Of a DNA stretch of 64,000 bases, positions 11,900 through 24,296 are shown in pieces; the first letter of the stretch is position 1; every line of letters starts with the position of its first letter. The stretch is taken from contig NC_043001.1 in the NCBI RefSeq assembly GCF_006345805.1, positions 21,452,001 through 21,516,000 of the forward strand, in the 5' to 3' direction. Source of the stretch: Octopus sinensis (taxonomy: Eukaryota). The notes under the pieces are model-generated. The model was given only the letters and a program-made list of their open reading frames with translations. It was not told the DNA's origin and ran no database searches. The translations under genes were made by a program, and so were the position numbers.

Positions 11900-13159
11900 A
11901 TTATTATATTATTATTAAGGCGGCGAGCTGGCAGAAACGTTAGCACGCCGGGCGAAATGCGTAGCCGTATTTCGTCTGTCGTTAAGTTCTGAGTTCAAAT
12001 TCCGCCGAGGTCGACTTTGCCTTTCATCCTTTCGGGGTCGATAAATTAAGTTCCAGTTACGCACTGGGGTTGATGTAATCGACTTAATCCGTTTGTCTGT
12101 CCTTGTGGGTAGTAAAGAAATAGGTATTTCGTCTGCCGTTACGTTCTGAGTTCAAATTCCGTCGAGGTCGACTTTGCCTTTCATACTTTTGGGGTCGATA
12201 AATTAAATGCCAGTGAAACAATGGGGTCGATGTAATCGACTAGTCCCCTCCTCCGAAATTTCAAACCTTGTGCCTTTAGTAGAAAGATTATTATTATTGT
12301 TAAGGCGGCGAGCTGGCAGAATCGTTAGCAAGCTGGACAAAATGCTTAGCGGCATTTCGTCCGTCTTTACGTTCTGAGTTCAAATTTCGCCGAGATCAAT
12401 TTTTGCTTTCATCCTTTCAGGTTCGATGAAATAAGTACCAGTTGAGCACTGGGGATCAATGTAACAGACTAGCCCCCGCCAACAGAATTTTGAGACTTTT
12501 TGTCTTGTCTACAATACGTATTATTATTATTATTGGTTGTTGCTGATGTTGTTGTTTTCTTAATTTATCAACTGTTTAGAAAACTCTGCCAGTCTTCGAA
12601 TCGTACTTAAGTAAAGGATTTAAGTGTGACGTAAGTCTACATCAACTGGGGAATTTTAGGGCGGAATCAAAAAGGAATGCATAATCTAATTCACATCAAA
12701 GTAAGTGTAACTGTTAAAATGACTTCAAATAATGATTGTTGCTCAATGCAAATATCAAACAAATTATTGTAAAATTATCAGCATTGAGAAGCAGACCAAT
12801 TTATGTAGAATGATCACAGTCGTTACAAGCTTATTATATCAATAGATTTCAACGAAATTTAACAATGCAGAAACGGAAAACTATTCAAGCCAAATTTTAT
12901 ACCGAAAGAAAATTTGCTTTTAGACAACGGTTTTCTTTTTCTTCTTCTTTTCTATTTGTACTAAGATCATTTTGAAACCATTTCGAGAAAGAAATTACCA
13001 AATACAGGATTTATACCAAAGTTATTGTTACATATTATTTGTGTAGTAATAAGCATCACTTAGGAAGATTATATGGTGAAAATAGATCCATGAATTCTGT
13101 AGTCAGAGTGTGTGTGTGTGTCCTGTATGTAAAAATCTCATATGATATATGATGTATAT

Positions 13160-13800
13160 CTCTCTATATATAAAACTGAGAATGTGTGTCTGTCTGTGTG
13201 TTTCCCTAAAACTTGAGAACTACACAACCAATTTCATTCAAATTTTACACATGCCTTACTTAGGGTTCGGGGAGTATCATCGGCAAAAAATTTTAACTTT
13301 TTGCCTAGGGCGAGCCCACAGCAATATCATATCTTCTCCACTACGATTTCCTAAAACTTGAGAACTACACAACCAATTTCATTCAAATTTTACACCTGCC
13401 TTACTTAGGGTCCATGTAGTTTCATGGGCAAAAAAAAAATGTTCAACTTCTTGCCTAGGGCGAGCCCATAGCAATATTATATCTTCTCCACTATTTCAGT
13501 ATTACGTGTTAAAAGTGAAACAAAAACATTTCTCTATTTTATGTCAGATACTTTCACTTTAACAATAAAAATTAGAGATAATAATAACAATTGAATTATA
13601 TGTAGTAAGTAATAACTAAAATCAAACTAAAGTATAATATAATCGTAACATAACAAAAGTAAAAATAGCAATTGGTATAAAATTGCTTCAATGACTTGAA
13701 CTTGAATAAGTGGTTTCACATGAATGGGAATAAATTAAAAATAAAATTAGCGTGCAGAAATGGAATAGTCCTACAATTCCAGTCTGTTATATATTTTGAG
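13160..13800 (+). mobile_element. Helitron-like non-autonomous repeat with an internal ~140-bp tandem duplication; a related 5' fragment lies at 6755-6880
   Basis: TCTATATATAAAACTGAGAATGTG start is shared with 6755. The CCTAAAACTTGAGAACTAC... block is repeated. The 3' end is not clear. Confidence 0.5.
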
Positions 13801-14886
13801 TATTGTTATCACTAGCGATATCAAGATATAACTTTGTATTTTGTATTTTATGTGTAGATCTATATATATATATATATATATAGAAGTACATGTAATATGT
13901 GGAAGCACTCCGTCGGTTACGACGACGAGGGTTCCGGTTGATCCGAATCAACAGAACAGCCTGCTCGTGAAATTAACGTGTAAGTGGCTGAGCACTCCAC
14001 AGACTCGTGTACCCTTAACGTAGTTCTCGGGGATATTCAGCGTGACACAGAGAGTGACAAGGCCGGCCCTTTGAAATACAGGTACAACAGAAACAGGAAA
14101 TAAGAGTGAGAGAAAGTTGTGGTGAAAGAGTACACCAGGGATCACTACCATCCCCTGCCGGAGCCTCGGGGAGCTTTAGGTGTTTTCGCTCAATAAACAC
14201 TCACAACGCCCGGTCTGTGAATCGAAACCGCGAGTCCGCTGCCCTAACCACTGGGCCATTGCGCCTCCACTAGATGTAATATGTACACATATATATATAC
14301 ACATATATACATGCACTAGCACTATAACCCGGCAAAGACGGGTCATAATGCTAGTTTGTTATAAAAACAAAATACTTTTAAACAAGAACTAAAATACATG
14401 CAATATTAAACTGTATACAACAATGACGGAAAACGGATTAACAGCTTTTGAATAATGTTATGCTATGGTCCCACAGCCGAAGCAAAGTCATTCAAGTTGT
14501 GAACATTCCCTCTTTATTCAAGTAGAGAAAGAACAGTCAAATGATAGAACACTGCCACGCGTCTGGCAGACGAGCGCCCATCACTGAAGATGATTCAATA
14601 AGATCGAAATCATGTGGTCTGGTAGTCTCGGAGCTAGGATGGTAGGGAGTTCTCTCCCCGCTTGCAATATATATCAAATGTGAAGTGCACTGGATAATCA
14701 GTTGGAAGAGGAGTCCTCCCGGTGTTGCGATAGCAGTATCGTCTGTTTTTAAAGAACTCCCACGTTTAAGTGACCACAACTATCAAAAGATCTAACTGTC
14801 ACTCATTGACCCCAAAATATACGAATATCATACAAAATACTTATTTATGTACAAAGTCTGCAGTGTTCATACTGTATAAGACGTAT

Positions 14887-15450
14887 TATTGGGTTGTTCG
14901 GAAAGTTCGTGCCGATTTATAGTAGCTTACCTTTCGACTTATTTTAGAATATGGTTGAGTCCATAAAATAGGATTTGGCTACACCTCCATTTAGGGCACA
15001 GTTTAAGCTATCTTTTCGTGGAAGAAGGTTTATGTTCATATAACCTGTGTTAATTCTGTAACCCTTTAAAATGGAAGATAAGAAAATTCATTTTCGGCAC
15101 TTGATGCTTTGGGAACCAGACAAAAATTTTGCAGCTCAGCTGGGATGTGTTACCCCACCCCCCCATATTCACCAGATTTGCTCCTTCGGATTCCACTTAT
15201 TCAGGCCCCTGCAGAATAGTCTTAATGTAAAATTTTCAATTCCTTGGATGATGTAAAAAGATACCTTGATGAATTCTTTGCCATGAAACCACCTCAGTTC
15301 TGGAAGAGGGTATTTCAAGTTAAGGAAAGATGGAGACGCATTGTGCAACAAAATGATTCATATTTGGTTGATTAAAAATGTAGTGGCAAGTATTTATTGA
15401 CCTTTTTCTTTCCTTTAAAAATCGGCACGAACTTTCCGGACAATCCAATA
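14887..15450 (+). mobile_element. Internally deleted mariner (non-autonomous), copy 1
   Basis: TA-flanked ~30-bp TIRs (TTGGGTTGTTCGGAAAGTTCGTGCCGATTT). N-terminal MEDKKIHFRHLML is fused to C-terminal PHPPYSPDLAPSDFHLF. Confidence 0.93.
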
Positions 15451-15832
15451 CATTCTCTCGATTTCTTGCAATTCAAACCGCCTCATAGTTCCATCAGACA
15501 AAATGGAAAAGGTTTTGCACGGAGGAGGCGAGGGAGATGTGCTGGAACAACCAGTGACTCACCAGAGTCACACTTGCGGAGAGCTAATTTCGCCAAGATA
15601 GCAGTGAGCAAGGATGTGGTCCGCAGCTCTCCACTACCCTAGGCTCGATAGTAAACCTGTCAGAGAGCAGCAGATACTTTGACAGTTTGCCTTTCTTATC
15701 CTAGCCTGACGAGCAGCGAAATCTGGGCTGGTTGCTGAACACATAATATTAGTTTCAAATTTTGGCACAAAGCCAGCAATTTCGGAGGTGGAGTTAAGTC
15801 CATTACATCGCCCTCAGTGTTCAGCTGGTACA

Positions 15833-16402
15833 TATTGGGTTGTCCGGAAAGTTCGTGCCAATTTTTAAAGGAAAGAAAGAGGTCAATAAATACTTGCCAT
15901 TACATTTTTAATCAACCAAATATGAATCATTTTGTTGCACAATGCGTCTCCATCTATCCTTTAACTTCAAAATACCCTCTTCCCAGAATTGAGGTGGTTT
16001 CATAGCAAAGAGTTCATCAAGGTATCTTTTTACGTCATCGAGGGAATTGAAATTTTTACCATTAAGACTATTCTGTAGAGAACTGAATAAGTGAAAATCC
16101 GAAGGAGCAACATCTGGTGAATATGGAGGGTGGGGTAACACATCCTAGCCGAGCTGCAGCAATTTTTGTCTGGTTCCCAAAGCATCAAGTGCAGAAAATG
16201 AACTTTCTTATCTTCCATTTTAAAGGGTTACAGAATTAACACAGGTTATAGGAACATATACCTTCTTCCACGAAAAGATAGCTTAAACTGTGCTCTAAAT
16301 GGAGGTGCAGTCAAATCCTATTTTATGGACTCAACCATATTCTAAAATAAGTCGAAAGGTAAGCTACTATAAATCGGCACGAACTTTCCGGACAACTTAA
16401 TA
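15833..16402 (-). mobile_element. Internally deleted mariner, copy 2, inserted at a TA inside a SINE
   Basis: Same TIRs and same deletion as copy 1 (LPHPPYSPDVAPSDFHLF). SINE sequence resumes on both sides (15745-15832 and 16403-16530). Confidence 0.93.
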
Positions 16403-16809
16403 TTTTATCGACCACAAAAGAATGAAAGGCAAAGTCGACCTCAGCAGAGCTTGAACTCAGAACGTGAAGATGAACGAAATGCCGCTAAGCATTTTGTCTG
16501 GCATGCTAATGACTCTGCCTTCTCGCCGCCCTTAATCTTATTAATATTATCATTGTTGAAAGGTTGGTTTATTTTTCTGCTAATCCATCCGATCAAAATT
16601 GTTTACGACATAACCAATTTGTAACGTGTTTATAGAAGTAAGGTAGTATGATTACTATCATATTTGTGGGTCTTTCGAAGTTACTTTAACATCTCTGTTA
16701 TTAAAGTTAAAAGAGGTGCTATTAAAAGTTAAGTAATTTAATTAATTAATAAAATACTAACGACTTTTATTTTTTAAAAATAAGTTATTTAATAAGTGAC
16801 CTTTAACTT

Positions 16810-17010
16810 TATTTACATTTGACGGATATTTGTTAACACAACGTTTCGGCTCATATACTCTCCAGCATTCTTCAGGTGTCCTGGGGAAATTTCGAACCTG
16901 GGCTCTCACTCTGAAGCTGTTTTTCAATGTTATTATTATTCAGGTCACTGCCTAGAATCGAACTCGGAATCTTGGGGTTAGTAGCCCGCGATCTTAACCA
17001 CTACGCAGTA
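16810..17010 (-). mobile_element. tRNA-headed SINE whose 3' part carries a hammerhead-like motif
   Basis: A box TAGTGGTTAAG and B box GTTCGATTC; motif at 16835-16882. Confidence 0.65.
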
Positions 17011-19110
17011 TGCCCCTTGTGAGTAGTAAAGAAATATATACTCATCCATCATTTTCATGACTCACTATAACAACGTTTGTGAAGGCGCGTGGCTTAGTGG
17101 TTAGGAGCATTCGGCTCATGATTGTAAGGTCGTGAGTTCAATTCCCGGCGACGCGTTGTGTCCTTGAACAAGACACTTTATTTCACGTTGCTCCAGTCCA
17201 CTCAGCTGGCAAAAATGAGTAGTGCCTGTATTTCAAAGGGCTGGCCTTGCCGCATTCTGTATCACGCTAAATCTCCTTGAGAACTACGTTAAGGGTACAC
17301 GTGTTTGTGGAGGGCTCAGCCACTTACACGTTAATTTCGCGAGCAAGCTGTTCAGTTCATCGTATCGACTGGGACCCTCGTCGTCGCAACCGACGGAGTG
17401 CTCATCCTTCTCATAACAACGTTTCAAATTTTGGAAGAAGCCTGGCAATTTTTTTTTAGGATGAATGAGTTAGTCAATTACAACGTATCCCGTTGCTCAG
17501 CTGGTATTTACTCTTATCGACCCCGAAATGGGGAAAGGCATAGTTGGCCTCGACGGAATTTCAATTCAGAGGTAAAGGACCGGAAAAAAAAGCCGCTCAC
17601 AGTTCTACCAACACGTCGTTGTATTGTTCATTATAATATTTATTTGTAATTTTGTCACAAGGCCAGAAAATCCCGATGGAAGGGGCAAGTCGATTACAGC
17701 GACCTCTGTACTTGACTTTATATCATCGACCCCGAAAGGATGAAAGGCAAAATTGACCTCGGCGGGATTTGAATTCAGAATGCAATGAGCCGGACAAAAA
17801 GTTGCTTTGCATTTTGTCTGAAGTGCTAATGATTCTGTCAGCTTGTCGCCTTACATTACATTCTAATATTTTCAAATTTTGGCGTAAGGCCAGAAATTTT
17901 GCGGGAAGCAGGTCAGTCGATTACATCGCCCCAGTGTTCAACTGGTACTTACTTTATCGCTCCCCGAAAGGATGAAAGGCAAAACCATCGCCGGCGGAAT
18001 TTGAACGCAGAAAATGAAGACGGATGAAATGCTGCTAAGCAATTTGCCCAGCGTGCAAATATTGGTTACCTGAGATTGAATCTGATTACAGATCGATTTC
18101 ATACTTTGACAGAAGGCAAGCAATTTCGATGGAGGAGGTAAGTCAATTACATCGACCCCAGTACTCAACTAGTACTTAGTTTATCGACCCCGAAAGGATA
18201 ACAAGTAAAGTCGACCTCGGTGGAGTGTGAAGTCAGAATGGGAAGACGAACAAAATGGCACCAAGCATTTCGCACCGCGTGTTAATGACTCTGCCAGCGC
18301 GCCTCCTTACGATCCATTATAATAACAAAAAGTTTTAAAACATTTTAAATTCTTTATTGCCCACAAGGGGCTAAACATAGAGGGGACAAACAAGGACGGA
18401 CAAAGGGACTAAATCGATTACATTGACCCCAGTGCGTAACTGGTAATTATTTAATCGACCCCGAAAGGATGAAAGGCAAAGTCGATCTCGGCGGAATTTG
18501 AATTCAGAACGCAACGGCAGACGAAATACCTATTTCTTTACTACCCACAAGGGGCTAAACACAGAGAGGACAAACAAGGACAGACAAAGGGATTAAGTCG
18601 ATTACATCGACCCCAGTGCGTAACTGGTACTTAATTTATCGACCCCGAAAGGATGAAAGGCTAAGTCGACCTCGGCGGAATTTGAACTCGGAACGTAACG
18701 GCAGACGAAATACGGCTGCGCATTTCGCCGGACGTGCTAACGTTTCTGCCAGCTCGCCGCCTTCAAAGGTTTTAAAACATATTTATTTCTTTACTACCCA
18801 CAAGGGGCTAAACACAGAGGGGGCAAACAAGGACAGACAAAGGGATTAAGTCGATTACATCGACCCCAGTGCGTAACTGGTACTTAATTTATCGACCCCG
18901 AAAGGATGAACGGCTAAGTCGACCTCGGCGGAATTTGAACTCGGAACGTAACGGCAGACGAAATACGGCTGCGCATTTCGCCGGACGTGCTAACGTTTCT
19001 GCCAGCTCGCCGCCTTCAAAGGTTTTAAAACATATTAACGCACACTTGCAGTCTGAAAAATAATTAAATAAATAAATAAATAAATAAAACACACACGCAT
19101 GCTCACATAC

Positions 19111-19190
19111 TTTCTGTCTGACAAAGTCGACCACTTGCGGATTAATTTATTCACCAAAACTTTGCCTTGATAACAAGCGTCATTTTGGAA
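19111..19190 (-). CDS. Candidate exon (FQNDACYQGKVLVNKLIRKWSTLSDR)
   Basis: Long pyrimidine tract with CCCTAAT branch-like site and TTTCTCAG acceptor; donor GTATGT; phase 0-2, compatible with the downstream candidate exons. Confidence 0.45.
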
Positions 19191-22100
19191 CTGAGAAATA
19201 CTCAAGCAAAAAGCGAAAACATTTGGATTAGGGCAGAAGAAGCAAAGCGTGTCTTGAAACATTTACCATTTCAGATCGTTTGCATATTTATATTTCCGTG
19301 AATTTTTTTTATTGAAAAAAAAAAAAAAAAAGAAAAAAAAAAGAAAGAAATGGTTAATTTCAGAATTGTTTTAATTGTGGACAAGCGATGGGGAAAAATG
19401 TGAAAATAATTGCACACAGAAGGAAATACTGAAATAATTAGAAATCTTTAATTGGGTATTTGTTCACAGAACTGTATTAAATTTATACAATGTGGATACG
19501 TTGAGACAAACACCTACACACATATACACACACGCATATTCACGCACACACACACAGCCCAGCATAATCCTCATTTTCTGCTTCATCCTCTTCCTTCTCC
19601 TCCGCCCTTCCTCTTCTTCATTATCCTGTTGTCATTTCTCTTTCATTTACACACAAGTATTTTTCTTCACATAGAAGCACACACATACAGCCATCTACAA
19701 TTAATAAAATGTACAATGTTTTCGATATGTGTGTGTCTGTGTGAATAAAATGCATGTTGCATATAGAATTGCAGTTACAATTATACATTGTAAGCATGTA
19801 TACGATCGTATGTTTTATTTGGTGTACATGATTACTATCCGTTTGATTTTCATACACTTATATAAATGTTTATCAAATTAACGACTCTTACCACATACTT
19901 CAACAATGTTAGGGACACATGAACAAAATTAAAGAATGCGTATTTTCTCATATCTTCTTTTATCTTCTTGTTTCAATCGTAAGAACTGCGGCCACGCTGT
20001 GACACCGCTTTGAAGAATTTTAATCGAATGAATCCATCCCAGGACTTACTTTTATTGAACAGCCTGGTACTTATTCTATCGGTGTCTTTTGCCGAGCCGC
20101 TAGGCTACGGGGACGTAATCCGGTAATCGTCAAGCGGTGGTGGGTTTCTTTCAGTTTCCGTCTCCCAAATCTACTCACAAGGCTTTGGTCGGCGCGAGAC
20201 TGTAGTAGAAGAAAGTTACCCAAGGTGCTACGCGGTGATATTGAACTCGGAACCTTGTGGTTGGGAAGCAAACTTCTTAGTAGATAGCCACGGCAATGTG
20301 CATGTTTATGAGCCAAACACCTAAGCTCCACGCAGCTCCAGCTGAAGGTAATGGTGAAACTTCTACTGACTCTTTCGCCACAACTTTCTCTCACTCTTTC
20401 CTCCTGCATCCTGCAGTTCATCTGCGACGGACTGGCGTCCCGTCCAGGTGGGGAACCTATACGCCAAGGAAACCGGGAAACCGGCCCTATGAGCCACGCA
20501 TGGCTTGAGAAAGAACAATCAACAAACAAATGTTTTCATAGTTACGGGATAAAATATCAAGTTGTGCCTCTAATTTTTTTGGCTGTGTAGTTAAGAAGTT
20601 TGATTTGCAATCACGTGGTTTCAGGTCCAGTCCCTCTGCATAGCCCCTTGGACAAGAGACTTCTACAATAGCCTTAGGCCACCCAGTAACTCGTGAGTGA
20701 ATTTGGTATATGGAAAATGTGTGGAAGCCCGTCGTATGTACATGTGTATGCTTCTTTGACAACCGGTGTTCGTTTATTTACGTCCCCGTAACGTAGCGGT
20801 TCGCCACAAGATAGATCGATATAATAAATACCAATCTCAAAAACAAAAACAATAAAGAAGAACCAGGCGCAGGAGTGGCTGTGTGGTAAGTAGCTTGCTT
20901 TCCAATCACTTGGTCTCGGGTTCAGTCCCACTGCGTGGCACCTTGGGCAAATGTTTTCTACTATAGCCTCGGGCCGATCAAAACCGTGTGAGTGGATGTG
21001 GTAGACGGAAACTGAAAGAAGCTCGTCGTATATGTATGTGTGTGTGTGTGTCCGTTTGTCCCCCCCCCAGCATCGGTTGTCAACCGATGGTGGTGTGTTT
21101 ACGTCCTCGTAACTTAGCGGTTCGGCAAAACAGACCGGGAGAATAAGTACTAGGCTTACAAAGCATAAGCTCTGGGATCCATTTGCTCGACTAATAAAGC
21201 GGTGCTCCAGCATGGCCGCAGTCAAATGACTGAAACAAGTAAAAGAGTAAAGAGTAAAGAGTATAAGTACCGGTGGTGATTTGTTCAGCTAAACCCTTCA
21301 AGGCGGTACCTCAGCATGGTCGCCATCCAATGAGTGAAACAAGTAAAATACCAATGGCAAACGGTAACCACCTGATAGCAACAGTATTAAAAGACGGCTA
21401 AGCTTTTTACTTCTGCCTCATTACTGCATCATGTCGTTCATGTTGCGTATGATGGTTAATGAACTCTTGTTTAGTTGAAAGATATTAATTTTTTCCCCGT
21501 ATCGTATTGTTTATTGGTAAATGGTGTAATGATAAATTACGAAAGTCTTATGATATCTCCAGGAAACTATCGGCTGGAATTTCCCATATTTCCAATATTT
21601 ACAGGATCTATGAGTTGAAGGTGTTATTAAATAGTTTTCTGTCCAGTTCACAATGCGTTTGTTAATTAATGCAATCTTTTGCAATGAATCTTTTAATTAG
21701 CGCTAATGTTTACAATTCCAAAACGTCCTTTCTTAGGCTTTTATTGTTTTTATTTTACTCAAGATTAACAATCTGACTCTGTCCTCAACTTGGTTCATAA
21801 ACAACAACAACGTATGCTGTTATTATTGCTGCGCTCCTTGCTGTTGTTGATTTGTTTCATACAAGCTATTCAGAGTTCTACCTGGAGACCTCAAGTAATA
21901 GCAAGTTGACCGTTTTACTGCGGATGTTATTTATGATTAACAATGATATATTTTACGGAGAATTGAGGTTTTGTTAAATTTGTAATATCTTCCATTTTGA
22001 AAGAGTTTTAAGTGAATCAGATATTTTCCCGTTGACAGAATTCTTCTTCTTCTTCTTCTTCTTCTCTTCTTCTTCTTCTTCTTCTTCTTCTCTTCTTTCT

Positions 22101-22401
22101 TCTTTCTTCTTCTTCTTATATTATTATTATTATTATTATATTATTATTATTATTATTATTATTATTAAAGTGGTGAGTTGATAGAATCGTTAGCGCGCTA
22201 GATGAAATACTTAGCGGTATTTCGCTCGTCGCTACGTTCTGAGTGCCAATTCCGCTGAGGTCAACTCCGCCTTTCATCATTTAGAGGTCGATAAATTAAG
22301 TACCAGTTGAATTATGGGGTCAATGTGATCGACTTAACCCCTCTTCAAACTTTCAGGCTTTAGTATAAAGAGTTATTATCATTATATTATTATTATTATT
22401 A

Positions 22402-22449
<48 letters not shown>

Positions 22450-22459
22450 TACTACTGAA

Positions 22460-23005
22460 TGAGAGAGTGGTACATGCCATCAAAGTGACACTGGGGTGCA
22501 AATACACGAAATCCAATATACTCACCATGATTACCCGTCCGATAAGGGTACACCAGGCACATGCATCTCAACCATATGTGCGGGACCTGGTGATCTCATA
22601 TCAAGAAAAACAGCGCATGATCATGTAGATGGGGCCCAGTTAGAATTTTCTTCAGGTTGCATAGCCCATCTTGTGCAAAAGGTCCCTGAATAAGGGTTGT
22701 TTAAGGATGTTGAACGAAACACCCATGTTTCCAAAGGTGAATTATTCAAACTCCAAAGAAATCCTCTCAACACCTGTTTATGATGCCCCCCACCACTACT
22801 TCTGCTCTTGATCAGAGATGCACATACTGTCAGCCACTAAGGGACATGCTCAACTGGTTAAGATCAAGCAACTGACAAGCAAATCTGTGGTATTGAGCAG
22901 AATATTTGCTATAGCCTATCTATTATACCAAGACAAAACATGTACATGATAATACTTCCAATCAGTTAAGATGAGAAGCCATGAGATCCATTGCCCGGTA
23001 CTATC
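22460..23005 (-). mobile_element. ~550-bp non-coding interspersed repeat in (TAA)n; a second copy at 53935-54690 has an insertion
   Basis: Colinear similarity between the two loci (CCATCAAAGTGACACTGG...TCAGTTAAGATGAGAAGCCATGAG); TTA repeats flank both copies. Confidence 0.75.
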
Positions 23006-23697
23006 ATTATTATTGGGTGAGTTGAAATAGGGTTTGTAAAGTTGTTTAAAGGCAAATATTTTGACGTACTTGCATATCTCACTGTATTTTTTCTCTCTAT
23101 AAGAAATGTCTAGCTTCGTGAAATGTTTAATTTAGCATAGTTTATTAGTCTTAAGTTATGCCATGCTGATGATTTTGAATAAGGATGAAATGGCACTATG
23201 CATGGATACTTAGAGTGGAAATTTAAAGATCTTTATTATGTGAAAAATAAATTTTAAATGTTTTTATTCTGTACATCTTGCTTCCTATACGATTTAAAAT
23301 TCATGCTTCAAATCTTACCATTGATCTAGAAGCAATTATCTCCCGTGCGATAACTAGCCGCCAGAACACGCCATGAATAGCATATAGTAAATTTTTCTAA
23401 CAATCCTTTTGTCTGCTATACCAAGATTCATGCTGAATATTTGTAAAATTTTTCTTCATCCTCATCAGTCAACTTCATGCTTCCGGTTGAATTTATCTTT
23501 CCAATGTCCCTACCAGTGTGAGAATGTATTCTTGACTGTTTCAAAAACTGTTTTTCTTTGAAAACAGTCGAAAGTATCCCAAAATAAGTTGTTATGATCG
23601 AGACATTTCTAAGCTGATACATATTCTGATGATTGGCCTCCGACATGAAACTTGATGCAATGGAGTAACGGAAAAGCAGCCAATTTAATACATACAT

Positions 23698-23732
<35 letters not shown>

Positions 23733-24256
23733 ACACACACACACACACACACACACATATGTATATATATACATTGATTTCAAATTTTGGCAGAAGGCCA
23801 GTAATTTCGTGGGAAGAGGTAAGTGGATTACATCGACCCCAGTGATCAACTGGCTCTTATTTTATCGACTCCGAAGGGATGAAAGGCAAAGACGACATCG
23901 GCGCAATTTGAACTCAGAACGTAAGGACGGTTGACATGCCACTAAGCAATTTACCTGGCGTGCTAACGATTCTGCCAGCTCACAGCCTATGATCTATCTA
24001 TACACACACACATACATACACACACACACGCACATATTTGTTTTTATGTTGAGTTATATTAAAAGCAATTTAGCATTAAACTGAAAAATTACTTGATACT
24101 TTATCTAGAATACATATTTATTATCTTTTAAAAATAGAGGGGTTATAATGACTTAGAACTTTCAAGTTGTTAGCTTTCAACGGACTATCTTGTAATATAT
24201 TAATGTGTGTGTGTGTGTGGGGCTATTATATGCATACAATTATATAACATATATGT

Positions 24257-24290
<34 letters not shown>

Positions 24291-24296
24291 ATCAGT

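Noticed and set aside
11918-12000. tRNA-like sequences with A and B boxes
   Set aside because: They are SINE heads with no complete cloverleaf and continue into the SINE body.
18350-19036. Regularly spaced repeats resembling a CRISPR or other array
   Set aside because: They are tandem SINE copies with no unique spacers, in eukaryotic context.
23428-23680. Minus-strand 108-aa ORF as a host exon
   Set aside because: It starts in a microsatellite, and no donor site precedes the stop in a consistent frame.
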